Positions 36,357 to 45,148 of a DNA stretch of 64,000 nucleotides are shown here, piece by piece. Origin of the DNA: Mycolicibacterium neoaurum (GTDB lineage: Bacteria > Actinomycetota > Actinomycetes > Mycobacteriales > Mycobacteriaceae); the NCBI RefSeq assembly GCF_036946495.1, contig NZ_JAQIIX010000001.1, forward strand, positions 878,697-942,696, read 5' to 3'. Positions within the stretch are counted from its first letter, which is position 1, and each line of letters opens with the position of its first letter. Below the pieces are notes generated by a model, which was given only the letters and a program-made list of their open reading frames with translations, was not told where the DNA came from and did no database searches. The translations under genes were made by a program, and so were the position numbers.

Positions 36357-36364
36357 GAAAAAAC

Positions 36365-36389
36365 AGTTCGAATCTCACCGAGGGCACCA
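36365..36389 (+). repeat. attR core (duplicated tRNA 3' end)
   Basis: Identical 25-mer to 20853-20877. Confidence 0.9.
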
Positions 36390-36440
36390 GTAACACCTCC
36401 AGGAACGCCTTATGAACCCCTTCTCGTCCCCGGCGGATCG

Positions 36441-37106
36441 ATGAACACACTGGTCTACGCGACGGACTGGGACTCCGCGGCCCTGTGGACGCGCAACGCA
36501 GGCGATCTGATCGGCACCGCGGCGTTCGCCATATCGGGAGCATTACTGGCGATCCGCCGCGATTTCGACATCGTCGGCGCACTCACCCTGGCCGCCATGA
36601 CGGCCTGCGGCGGCGGCGTGATCCGCGATCTCATCATCGGCAAGACGCCGCCCACCGCGTTCGTGGATCTGCGCTATCTGGCTGTCGCCGTCCTGAGCGC
36701 GCTGGTGGTCTTCGTGTGGTCGCCGCCGGGGCGACTGTTGGGCCGCCCACTCGACCTTGCCGACGCACTGGGGCTCGGCGCCTTCTGTGTGACCGGTACG
36801 GTCACCGCGGCCAACCATGGCCTCGGGCCGGCATCCTCGGCGTTGCTCGGTGTGGTCACGGCCGTCGGTGGAGGGGTGATTCGCGATGTGCTCGCCGGTC
36901 GGACCCCCAGCATTCTGCGCCCGGATCAGGAGATCTACGCGATACCAGCGCTTTTCGGCGCCGCCATCACGGCCTTGCTCATCGGGTACGGGCATTTCAA
37001 CGCGCTCACCGGTGGCGCCGTCGCCGCTTCGGTGTTCGTCTTCCGGGCGCTGGCTCTGCACTTCCAATGGCGTGCCCCGCAGGCGCGCGGGCGTGACAGC
37101 GACTGA
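36441..37106 (+). CDS. TRIC/UPF0126-family membrane protein (YadS-like)
   Basis: Two internal repeats, each with a GGGVIRD motif, and about 7 TM segments. Confidence 0.8.
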   Translation: MNTLVYATDWDSAALWTRNAGDLIGTAAFAISGALLAIRRDFDIVGALTLAAMTACGGGVIRDLIIGKTPPTAFVDLRYLAVAVLSALVVFVWSPPGRLLGRPLDLADALGLGAFCVTGTVTAANHGLGPASSALLGVVTAVGGGVIRDVLAGRTPSILRPDQEIYAIPALFGAAITALLIGYGHFNALTGGAVAASVFVFRALALHFQWRAPQARGRDSD

Positions 37107-37130
37107 TACCGGCCGACCCCGAACGCGAAG

Positions 37131-37165
37131 ATGCCGCTGCAGGTGATGAAACCCTGCAGCGGCAT
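37131..37165. terminator. bidirectional hairpin between convergent genes
   Basis: ATGCCGCTGCAGG-tgatgaaac-CCTGCAGCGGCAT forms a perfect 13-bp stem. Confidence 0.6.
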
Positions 37166-37197
37166 TCCCCTCGCCTATCGAGAGTCGCTCCTCGCTG

Positions 37198-39198
37198 TCA
37201 CTCGGAAGACGTTGCGGCCGAAGCGCTCTCGCGCGGACGCTCGCTCGCCTCGGTGCTGGTACGCACCTCGGTACCCGGCTCGCTGCGCGGCCCCTTCGGG
37301 GTCCGGACACTGATCTCGTCGCGGGCCTTCAGGTTCGGTCGCACCGCGTCCGCGTCGTCGGGTCGCACCGAGAACTTGGCGTCCCGGCTGCCCTCGGACT
37401 CCTTGCCGGACTTGAGGTCGGACTTGAGGTCGCTCTCCTGCCCCTTGGTCTCCTTATCGGATTCCTTCACCGACGTCGTGGTGTCCTCCTTCTCGGGAGC
37501 CTTCGGGGTGGCGGTCTCGTCGACCACGACCTCGTCGACCGGGGCCTCCTTCACCGGAGCCTCGACGACCGGGGTCTCCTCGACGGGAACCTCGGCAACC
37601 GGGGTCTCCTCCACCGGAACCTCGACGACCGGGGTCTCCTCCATCGGAACCTCGGTGACCGGGGCCTCGGTGACCGGCGCCTCGACCTGCTCGGAAGCCG
37701 TCGCCGACTCGGTCACCGCATCCGGCTGCACACCACGCTCGGACAGCGCCGGGGTGGCCGCCTCGGTGCCGGCCTTGTCGGTTTCGGCCGGTGCGTCGGA
37801 TTCTGCGACCGCTGCCATCCGCATCGCCGATTCCGGTTCCGCGGCGGCGGTGGGCCGGATGCCGAAGATGCTGTTGAAGAAGTTCGACACCATCGCCCCG
37901 ATGGAGCTGAACAGTCCGCCGAAGTTGAAGAAGCTGGTGAACGCCTGCTGGATGGCCTGCAGGAACGCCGCGATCGGGTTGAACGGCTCGGCGCCTGCGC
38001 CGGGGCCCGGATTGGTGCCCGGTCCCGGGTTGTTCGGGTTGCCCAGGTACTCGATGAGTTCCTTGATGACCTGACCGACAGGCTTCATGGTGCCGTCCGG
38101 ACGGAAGATGCCCAGGTTGGCCTCATCATTGTCGCTCGGCGGGTTCAGCCAGTCCTTGATGGTGTACAGGAACATCGGACCCGCGCCCTGCATGGTCTGC
38201 CAGAACTCGATGATGTCGCGGACGAAGGCGGCCTGGGTGGCCTCGTCGACCCGGTTGGTGGGGATGCCGTACTCGGTGATCCAGATCTTGATCTGCTCCT
38301 CACCCGCCTGCAGGTGCGAATCCATCAGTTCGCGGATCTTGTTGAGCTGGTAGAGCGGCATGCCCTCTTTCCACGCCAGGTCCTCACCGACCGAGAACTT
38401 CCATTCGAAGTTGTACGGGTGGAAGGACAGCGCATCGAAGTAGCCGTGCGCGCCGGCGTCGTACATGCCCTTGACGAAGTCGATCGGGTTCAAGGTCAGC
38501 CCGGGCCACGTCTTACCTGCGCCGATGACACCGCCGATGACCGTGATATCGGTGCCGACCTGAGCTGCAGCCTCCTTGAGCGCGGTGTAGGTCTTCTTCA
38601 GCATCGCGGTGTAGGCCGCGGGGTCCAGGGTGTTCCAAAACTGGATCGAGTTGGGCTCGTTCCACACCTCATAGGCCGAGATCTTGTCGCCGTAGCGCAG
38701 CGCGACGGACTTGGCGAAGGCGGCGAACTGGTCGAAGTTGGCCGGCTCACCGTTGAGCGGTGTGGTGGACGACGCCCACATCGGGGTCGAGTTCAGCACG
38801 CCCAGGATGCCCATGCCGCGAGCCGCAGCGGCATTGACCACCTTGTCGAGCTGCTCCCAGCGGGGATTGCCCAGGCCGAACGGGGTGTCGGGGTGCAGGG
38901 GCTGCACACCGGCCCACGGAACCATGATCCGGACGTTGGTCACCCCGAGCGACTGCATCATGTCGAGGCGTTCGTTGATCTCCTCGATGCTCGCCGACAT
39001 GTAGATCTCGGAATCGGCGATGCCAATGGTCGAAGGAGACTCCACGATGGCGGCCACGGGCGCCACGTCATACGACTTGTGTTTGCTCGCTGGCAAGACA
39101 AAGTAACTCGACGTTGCCGCGAATAGCGATGCGGCTATTAGGGCTATCGCTCCTCTGATGGCAACTCTGTGGACAGCCTTGGGCATCTTGACCCACAT
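37198..39198 (-). CDS. secreted glycoside hydrolase (GH5-like clan A fold) with C-terminal acidic Pro/Val/Glu repeat region
   Basis: N-terminal signal or anchor sequence, YEVWNEPN (acid/base Glu context) and WITEYGIP (nucleophile Glu context). The C-terminal third is low-complexity repeats. Confidence 0.75.
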   Translation of the reverse strand: MWVKMPKAVHRVAIRGAIALIAASLFAATSSYFVLPASKHKSYDVAPVAAIVESPSTIGIADSEIYMSASIEEINERLDMMQSLGVTNVRIMVPWAGVQPLHPDTPFGLGNPRWEQLDKVVNAAAARGMGILGVLNSTPMWASSTTPLNGEPANFDQFAAFAKSVALRYGDKISAYEVWNEPNSIQFWNTLDPAAYTAMLKKTYTALKEAAAQVGTDITVIGGVIGAGKTWPGLTLNPIDFVKGMYDAGAHGYFDALSFHPYNFEWKFSVGEDLAWKEGMPLYQLNKIRELMDSHLQAGEEQIKIWITEYGIPTNRVDEATQAAFVRDIIEFWQTMQGAGPMFLYTIKDWLNPPSDNDEANLGIFRPDGTMKPVGQVIKELIEYLGNPNNPGPGTNPGPGAGAEPFNPIAAFLQAIQQAFTSFFNFGGLFSSIGAMVSNFFNSIFGIRPTAAAEPESAMRMAAVAESDAPAETDKAGTEAATPALSERGVQPDAVTESATASEQVEAPVTEAPVTEVPMEETPVVEVPVEETPVAEVPVEETPVVEAPVKEAPVDEVVVDETATPKAPEKEDTTTSVKESDKETKGQESDLKSDLKSGKESEGSRDAKFSVRPDDADAVRPNLKARDEISVRTPKGPRSEPGTEVRTSTEASERPRESASAATSSE
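37531..37680. repeat. five tandem 30-bp repeats inside the hydrolase gene
   Basis: The unit is CTCGnCnACCGGGGTCTCCTCnAnnGGAAC, at 37531, 37561, 37591, 37621 and 37651, with the outer copies degenerate. They encode (V/A)PVEETPV(V/A)E units. There is also a 12-bp duplication GGACTTGAGGTC x2 near 37409-37432. Confidence 0.85.
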
Positions 39199-39438
39199 GG
39201 CGACTCCCGTTCTCGGACCTGGTCGTTCGGCGTTGCCTACGCACTCCGCATGAAATTAACCCACCCGGCAGCAAATTGCCAAATAAGTAAAAAGTCGCCT
39301 TGAAGTGCAGATTGTTAATCCGAATTCGCCATTTCTAGCAAACTCGTGACAGACTCTGCAGAATCTCAATTCGCCTCGCCGGCGCAAAAGATGGCAAAGA
39401 ATTCGCGTTTCAAGATCGCATTCGAGCTGTAATCAACC

Positions 39439-39454
39439 TGTGACCCGGGTCACA
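39439..39454. promoter_or_regulatory. perfect CRP/FNR-type site TGTGA-N6-TCACA
   Basis: TGTGACCCGGGTCACA lies within an 18-bp perfect palindrome (39438-39455). It is 146 nt upstream of the adenylate cyclase start and 241 nt upstream of the divergent hydrolase start. Confidence 0.65.
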
Positions 39455-39599
39455 GTTGTTTGCCCACGTCCGTTAGCTTTTCGTGACGCACGAGTGATTC
39501 GATCTTGATGCGCCCGGCGTGTCAGCGAATATTGACGACGATGTCAGCTAATATGCCACCCTGTCCCCCGATTGGGGGACATGCACCCGAGCCACAGAT

Positions 39600-40982
39600 T
39601 TGGACAAGGTTTGCCAGGCGCGGTCGCAGATCCGTCGAAACAAGGGCTTGGAGGCTGTGCGCGGGGAGTACGCTCCGATCGTGGCAGCGAGGGTGCCCGG
39701 CCGGTGCCTCCCCGACCTCCCGGACGGCAGCCGGCACTACGAAGATGCGGCCAGTCGGCGACTGGCGACCCTGACGGTCAGCACGCGGATTGCGGCCGCG
39801 ATCGTCGGGATCTACGGCTTTGCCGAGTTGATCCTGGTACCCGAAGTACCGCATATCGGCCTGGTAAACCTGGCGAGCGCTGCGCTTTTCCTGGCCATTC
39901 CGCTGCTGTACCGCAGCGGCTCGCTGGCGGCGCTGGCCGCCTTCGTCATCGTCGCCTATGCCAGCACCGCATATATGTGCAGCCAGCTCGGCACCGATAC
40001 CGGTCTGCAGTTCTATTTCTTCGTGGGCGCAGCGCTGATCATCCTGATGATCGGCACCGACCACCTCGTGATCGCCTCGGCACTGGCCGCGTCGGGGCCG
40101 ATCCTTGCGATCGCACTGGAGTGGCTGGTGCCCGGTAACACCGGGGTCTTCTCCGAGGGCGCGATGCGTGCCAACTTCGTCCTCACGGCGTGCACAGCAA
40201 GCCTCATGGTGATCGTCGTCGTGGCCTCGGCGATGCGTCGGATCGACCGTGCCGAAAGTGCGCTGCAGGCCGAATTCGACAAATCCGAGGCGCTGCTCGC
40301 CAATATCCTCCCCGCCACCATCGCCAAGCGCCTCAAGGACCGGCGCGACACAATGATCGCCGACGGATTCGCCGACGCATCCATCCTGTTCGCCGACATC
40401 GCCGGATACACCCAGCGCGCCAGCGACACCGACCCCGCCGACCTGGTGTTGTTCCTCAACCGCCTGTACACCGATTTCGACGCCCTGGTCGATCGACACG
40501 GTCTGGAGAAGATCAAGACCAGCGGTGATTCCTACATGGTCGTCGCCGGTGTGCCGACCCCGCGCGCGGATCACCTGGAGTCGCTGGCGTGCCTGGCGCT
40601 GGACATGGCCCATGCGGTCGACGGGCTGCGCGACGCGCAGGACCGAGAGGTGCCGCTGCGCATCGGGATCGCCGCCGGCCCGGTGGTCGCCGGGGTGGTG
40701 GGCTCACGCAAGTTCTTCTATGACGTCTGGGGTGATGCGGTCAACGTGGCCTCCCGGATGGAGAGCACCGATGAGGAGGGCCGCATCCAGGTGCCCCAGG
40801 ACGTCTATGAGCGCATCAACGGCTCGTATGTGTTCGAAGAGCGCGGCGAGGTCGCCGTGAAGGGCAAGGGCTGGATGCACACCTGGTACCTGGTGGGCCG
40901 GCGACCCGCTCACGATCTCGCCGGGTCCGGCCCCGCCGCGCTCTCCGGTGGTCCTACACCTTGTGATTCTCCGACCGGATGA
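39600..40982 (+). CDS. cya: membrane-anchored class III adenylate cyclase (Rv1625c-like)
   Basis: Six TM helices followed by the catalytic domain (ILFADIAGYTQRAS, KTSGDSYMVVAGVP, RIGIAAGPVVAGVVG, YDVWGDAVNVASRMES). The start is uncertain (TTG at 39600). Confidence 0.9.
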   Translation: MDKVCQARSQIRRNKGLEAVRGEYAPIVAARVPGRCLPDLPDGSRHYEDAASRRLATLTVSTRIAAAIVGIYGFAELILVPEVPHIGLVNLASAALFLAIPLLYRSGSLAALAAFVIVAYASTAYMCSQLGTDTGLQFYFFVGAALIILMIGTDHLVIASALAASGPILAIALEWLVPGNTGVFSEGAMRANFVLTACTASLMVIVVVASAMRRIDRAESALQAEFDKSEALLANILPATIAKRLKDRRDTMIADGFADASILFADIAGYTQRASDTDPADLVLFLNRLYTDFDALVDRHGLEKIKTSGDSYMVVAGVPTPRADHLESLACLALDMAHAVDGLRDAQDREVPLRIGIAAGPVVAGVVGSRKFFYDVWGDAVNVASRMESTDEEGRIQVPQDVYERINGSYVFEERGEVAVKGKGWMHTWYLVGRRPAHDLAGSGPAALSGGPTPCDSPTG

Positions 40983-41442
40983 GCCAGGCGAGCTTCTCCA
41001 AGCCATCGATGAGCTGATGCAGGATGTCTGCAGTGGTCGGGTCCTCGGCGTCGACACCGTCATGTACGCCACGCAAGGTGTCGACGGTCGCGTAGATGCG
41101 CGTGCCGATCAGGTCGACCACCTCGGTGGTGTTGTGCTCGTAGGGCGGGAACGCGGGCAGCGTGGTGGTGGCCGCCACGGTGTCCGACCGGCCGTCGGCG
41201 ACCCCGTAGAGCGTGCGCATGCGTTCGGCGATGGTGTCGCTGCCCTCGCGGGCGAAGTCGACCAACTCGTCGAGCTGTAGATGCAGATCCCGGAAGTTGG
41301 TACCGACCACATTCCAGTGCGCCTGCTTGCCCTGCAGGTGCAGTTCGATCATGTCGACCAGAACCTGTTGCAGGCTGGCCTGCAGTTCGGGTGAGGCTCG
41401 GAAGCCCTCGATATCGGTTTCGGTGCGCCGTGTTGTCGTCAT
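40954..41442 (-). CDS. dps: Dps-family DNA-protection/ferritin-like protein
   Basis: ATG at 41442 in ORF 40954..41541 gives MTTTRRTETDIEGF. It has LQQVLVDMIELHLQGKQAHWNVVGTNFRDLHLQLDE, which is Dps-typical. Confidence 0.85.
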   Translation of the reverse strand: MTTTRRTETDIEGFRASPELQASLQQVLVDMIELHLQGKQAHWNVVGTNFRDLHLQLDELVDFAREGSDTIAERMRTLYGVADGRSDTVAATTTLPAFPPYEHNTTEVVDLIGTRIYATVDTLRGVHDGVDAEDPTTADILHQLIDGLEKLAWLIRSENHKV

Positions 41443-41470
41443 ATTGAGGGCAACGCGGGACTTTCTGGAA

Positions 41471-43318
41471 TCATTCCAGAATTTGTGGGCCCTCGGCACG
41501 CTGCTGATCCTGCTGCGACAGCAATCGTGCGTAGCCCGCACCCATACCGAGCAGCACCAATCCGGTGACGATGAACACCACGACCCGGAAGATGCCGTCG
41601 AGGGTCCCCAGATCGAACAGGAACAGCTTGGCCATGGCCGCGGTCACCAGCGCCATACCGCCGCCGAGGGGCACCGAACGGTCCGCCCGGTCCAGGCGCA
41701 CGGCGTACCAGAGCAGACCGGCCGCCAGCACGATCCAGCAGATGGTCGCCGCCATGTGCCCGGCCAGGAATCCGCCGTCCGTTCCACCGATCAGCACACC
41801 GGTGGTCACGGTGAACACGGTGACCGCGTAGGCGCTCAGCACGGCCGCCCCGGCCAGCAGCAGCCGCCCGGTGTCGGCGTCGCGGTGGCGTCGCGTCAGA
41901 GACCACGTCTGCGCCGCGCCATAGAGCACCACCAGCAGACTCGAGATCAACACCGACACCGCCTCGGCGCCGGACCGCTCGGTGGCCGTCGTGATGGTGT
42001 CCGGGCCCGCCAGGTCGAGGTAGTACAGACCGCCGACCGCGCCGAACACCAGCGCGGCGATCTGCGCACCGGTGGTGTGCCGCCCGGCCACGGCCACCAC
42101 CACCGCCAACGCCAACAGCAGGGGGCCAGCGGCGCGGCCGTCGAACGCGACTGCGACGGCAACCAGTCCGGCGACCACCGACAGTGCCGACCACACCTGA
42201 CGGACGGATCCGGCCATCCCGGGAATGCGATCACCGAGCAGGACGACCGCCAGCAGGCACAGTGACAGCGCCGCGATCATCAGCGCGGCAATCCGCCCGT
42301 CCACCGCGACCGACACCAACAGCAGCGGCGCAGCGCCGACCGTCGACGCCACCGTCATCGAGGTGCGATGCGTGCTGTGGGACAACAGGATCAGAGCCGA
42401 TCCGATGGCCAGCACCGCGGCGATGGCCGCCCCGCCGGCCAGCCAGGGACGGTCGTGCGAACCGAAGGCCGCGCCGATCAGCGCCAGGAAAACCGGCCCA
42501 CTGCCTGCCGCCGTGCGGGCCACGTACATCCAGGTCCAGTCGCGGCCGAGCTGCACCGGCAGCGTGGCCGCCGACATCGCCAGCAGGAATCCGATGAGCA
42601 GCAGATCGACATGGCCGACCACCACCGGCGCCAGCACGGTCAGCGGGATGAGCACCAGCAGCGCGAGCTGCTCGGAGTTCCATCGCCGCGCCAGGGCGAG
42701 GCCGCCACCTGTGATCGCCGCGGACAGCACCAACCCGATGACCGGCGCCACCCATCCATAGATCGTGGTGACCGCCACCACGTCGATGTACGCGGTCGCA
42801 ATACCCGTGGCGGCCAACGCGATCGCGCCGACCCGACCGCCCGATCGGGTGTTCAGCCAGAATGCCCCGGCGACCAAACCACCGGCCAGCAGGGCCCCGG
42901 CCGCAACCCGCACCGGCGGAGCCAGCAGACCGGCCTGGGCGGCGAGCACCACCAGCAGCACGACGCCGATGAGCGTCACCGCCACACCGGCCGCCGCAAG
43001 CACCTTCCCGATCCAGTTCTGCGGACGCACGGGCGGTGTGTCGACGGTGGGCGCGACCGGCGCCGGTACCGCGGGTGCGCTCGGCGCGGGATACCCGGGG
43101 TGCGGCGGGACCGGCTGCGCGTACTGCGGATAGTTCGGGTAGCCCCACCCGGCCTGCAGCGGGGCGGCGGGCGCGGATTGACCGAGCGCTCCGGACAATT
43201 GCGTCAGTTCGGCCGACGCCCGGGCCAACTGGTGTGACATGGCCACGAACTCGGCGGACAGTCGGGTGAGCACCTGCTGCGGTTCGGTCATGTCAGACAT
43301 CGTCACCCATGAACTCAC
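41471..43318 (-). CDS. large polytopic membrane protein (DUF2339-like)
   Basis: The N-terminus is soluble and coiled-coil-like and is followed by a Pro-rich linker. About 18 or more hydrophobic segments then follow. Confidence 0.7.
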   Translation of the reverse strand: MSSWVTMSDMTEPQQVLTRLSAEFVAMSHQLARASAELTQLSGALGQSAPAAPLQAGWGYPNYPQYAQPVPPHPGYPAPSAPAVPAPVAPTVDTPPVRPQNWIGKVLAAAGVAVTLIGVVLLVVLAAQAGLLAPPVRVAAGALLAGGLVAGAFWLNTRSGGRVGAIALAATGIATAYIDVVAVTTIYGWVAPVIGLVLSAAITGGGLALARRWNSEQLALLVLIPLTVLAPVVVGHVDLLLIGFLLAMSAATLPVQLGRDWTWMYVARTAAGSGPVFLALIGAAFGSHDRPWLAGGAAIAAVLAIGSALILLSHSTHRTSMTVASTVGAAPLLLVSVAVDGRIAALMIAALSLCLLAVVLLGDRIPGMAGSVRQVWSALSVVAGLVAVAVAFDGRAAGPLLLALAVVVAVAGRHTTGAQIAALVFGAVGGLYYLDLAGPDTITTATERSGAEAVSVLISSLLVVLYGAAQTWSLTRRHRDADTGRLLLAGAAVLSAYAVTVFTVTTGVLIGGTDGGFLAGHMAATICWIVLAAGLLWYAVRLDRADRSVPLGGGMALVTAAMAKLFLFDLGTLDGIFRVVVFIVTGLVLLGMGAGYARLLSQQDQQRAEGPQILE

Positions 43319-43344
43319 CGGCTGAGATGAGTAGGACTACTCGA

Positions 43345-43995
43345 TCATTCGTCGAGTCCGTGTTCGATCGCGTAGCGGGCCAGCTCGACCCGATTGGCGA
43401 CCTGCAGCTTGCGGAACGTCGCCTGCACATGGTTCTCGACGGTCCGATGGCTCAGCGACAGTCGCTCGGCGATCTGCTTGGCCGTCAGCCCCTTCGCGAC
43501 ATGACGCAGGATCTCGGTCTCGCGATCAGTGAGGCTGGGCACCGCGGGACCGGCCTCATCGCTGCCCGGTTCGGCCGCGATGCGCCGGTACTCGCCGAGC
43601 ACCAGACCGGCCAGCCCCGGTGTGAACACCGCACGGCCCGCCGCGGTGGCCCGAACCGCTTCGCCCAGTTCAGTTTTCGAAGCACTCTTGACCAGGTACC
43701 CGGTGGCCCCGGCCTTCACCGCCTCCAGCACGTCGGCGCGTTCGTCGGAGGCCGACAACACCAGGATCCGCGAGGCCGGCGACACCGCGAGCACCTCGGC
43801 GCAGGCCTGGGCACCGGTGCCATCGGCCAGCCGCATGTCCATCACCACCACCTCGGGAAGCACCACCTCGGCCCGGCGCCGCGCCGAGGCAACCCCGTCG
43901 GCGGTCGCGACCACCTCGAAACCGTCATCGGCCAGATCGCGTGCCACCGCGTCACGCCAGATCGGGTGATCGTCGACCACCATCACCGTCGGCAT
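43345..43995 (-). CDS. NarL/LuxR-family response regulator
   Basis: ATG at 43995 gives MPTVMVVDDHPIWRDAV. The receiver domain is joined to a LuxR HTH (LTDRETEILRHVAKGLTAKQIAERLSLSHRTVENHV). An ATGA junction overlaps the kinase stop. Confidence 0.9.
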   Translation of the reverse strand: MPTVMVVDDHPIWRDAVARDLADDGFEVVATADGVASARRRAEVVLPEVVVMDMRLADGTGAQACAEVLAVSPASRILVLSASDERADVLEAVKAGATGYLVKSASKTELGEAVRATAAGRAVFTPGLAGLVLGEYRRIAAEPGSDEAGPAVPSLTDRETEILRHVAKGLTAKQIAERLSLSHRTVENHVQATFRKLQVANRVELARYAIEHGLDE

Positions 43996-45143
43996 CAGTG
44001 TCCTCCCTTGCCCGATCGGGGCACTGTCAGTTCCCACTCGGTACCGCCACTGGGCGGCGTGGTCAGATCCGCCCGGCCGCCGAGTGCGGCCATCCTGCCC
44101 TGAATGGACTTGCTCACTCCGATACGCCCCTCCGCCACGGCAGCGGCCAGCCGTCCTTCGGGTATGCCGGGCCCGTCATCGCGGATGCTGACCACCACCT
44201 CGTCGCCCAGATCCTCCAGCAGCACAAAGGCTCGCGCCTGCGGCCCGGCATGTCGTTCCACATTGGTCAGCGCGTTGACCGCGGCGGCCTCGACCTCCGC
44301 GGCCACCGCACTGTCCAGATACACCGGCGCGGCAGGCACACTGACCGACACCCGGTCGGCACCGTGCCTGCGCAACAGGCCACCGAGATCACTCGTCGAC
44401 GCCGGGGCCTCGACGGCAAGGGTGTCCTCGGTGCTGAGCAACCGGCGCAGCGCGCGCTCCTGCTCCCCCGCCACCTCCGCCAGTTCGGCTGTCTCACCGC
44501 CGATTTCGCGACCGCGGCGGGCAACCATGGCCAGTACCTGCATCACCCCATCATGCACATGCCTGGACAGCCGCTCCCGCTCGGCCAGCGCCGCGCTGAG
44601 CCGGGCGGCCCGCTCCAACTCGGCATGTGCCCGGCGCGCGGTGGAGGCTGCCATCCCGACGGCCAACCCCACCGCCAGCTCGATCAAGATGGTCGGGCTG
44701 CGCACCAGATCCACCGCGATGGCCCCCTTGAGCATCGCAGCGGTACCCATCACGGCCAGACCCATCACCATGCCCGCGGCCGGCCCGGCCAGGATCGCCG
44801 CCGACACCACCGCATTGGTGGCCCACAGCGTGGTCGGCCAGGACTGGTTGTCCAACACCCACTGCTCGGAGGCGACGAGCAGGGTGGACGCCATGAAAGC
44901 GATCACCACCGCGGCCTCGCCGATGACCCAGCCGCGGCGCCTACCGAATCCGCCCAGATAGGCCGCACCGCACGCGATGGTCCACGCCGTCAGCAACCCG
45001 AACAGCACCCAGCTCAACCCCGGCCGTTCCAGTTCGTGGTTCTTGGAGACCTGGAAGTACAGCGCATAGCTCCAGCTGAGCAGGCGGAACACCTGCGCGG
45101 CCCGCCACAGCGGGGCGACCGGGTCCACCGTCGCCGCGATCAT
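43995..45143 (-). CDS. membrane sensor histidine kinase (HisKA_3 type)
   Basis: About 5 N-terminal TM helices with no obvious periplasmic domain. It has the H-box ERLSRHVHDGVMQVL, the N-box VNALTNVERHA and the G-box IRDDGPGIP. Confidence 0.85.
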   Translation of the reverse strand: MIAATVDPVAPLWRAAQVFRLLSWSYALYFQVSKNHELERPGLSWVLFGLLTAWTIACGAAYLGGFGRRRGWVIGEAAVVIAFMASTLLVASEQWVLDNQSWPTTLWATNAVVSAAILAGPAAGMVMGLAVMGTAAMLKGAIAVDLVRSPTILIELAVGLAVGMAASTARRAHAELERAARLSAALAERERLSRHVHDGVMQVLAMVARRGREIGGETAELAEVAGEQERALRRLLSTEDTLAVEAPASTSDLGGLLRRHGADRVSVSVPAAPVYLDSAVAAEVEAAAVNALTNVERHAGPQARAFVLLEDLGDEVVVSIRDDGPGIPEGRLAAAVAEGRIGVSKSIQGRMAALGGRADLTTPPSGGTEWELTVPRSGKGGH

Positions 45144-45148
45144 CGGGG

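Larger units (their letters stand above)
20853..36389. mobile_element. integrated phage-like element (about 15.5 kb) at the tRNA 3' end; phiRv-like or satellite-like
   Basis: A perfect 25-bp direct repeat AGTTCGAATCTCACCGAGGGCACCA occurs at 20853-20877 and 36365-36389. A tyrosine integrase gene lies immediately inside attL. The gene content is repressor, xis-like, replication, capsid, protease and tape-measure-like. Parts of the element have visibly lower GC. Confidence 0.9.

Noticed and set aside
39522-44961. Long alternative-frame or antisense ORFs over the cya, DUF2339 and kinase genes
   Set aside because: Examples are 39522-40613 minus, 41213-42265 plus, 42231-43148 minus, 42368-43237 plus and 43941-45467 plus. 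All are His/Arg/Gly/Asp/Pro-rich with no structure-like pattern, and each overlaps a gene with clear motifs or TM topology.
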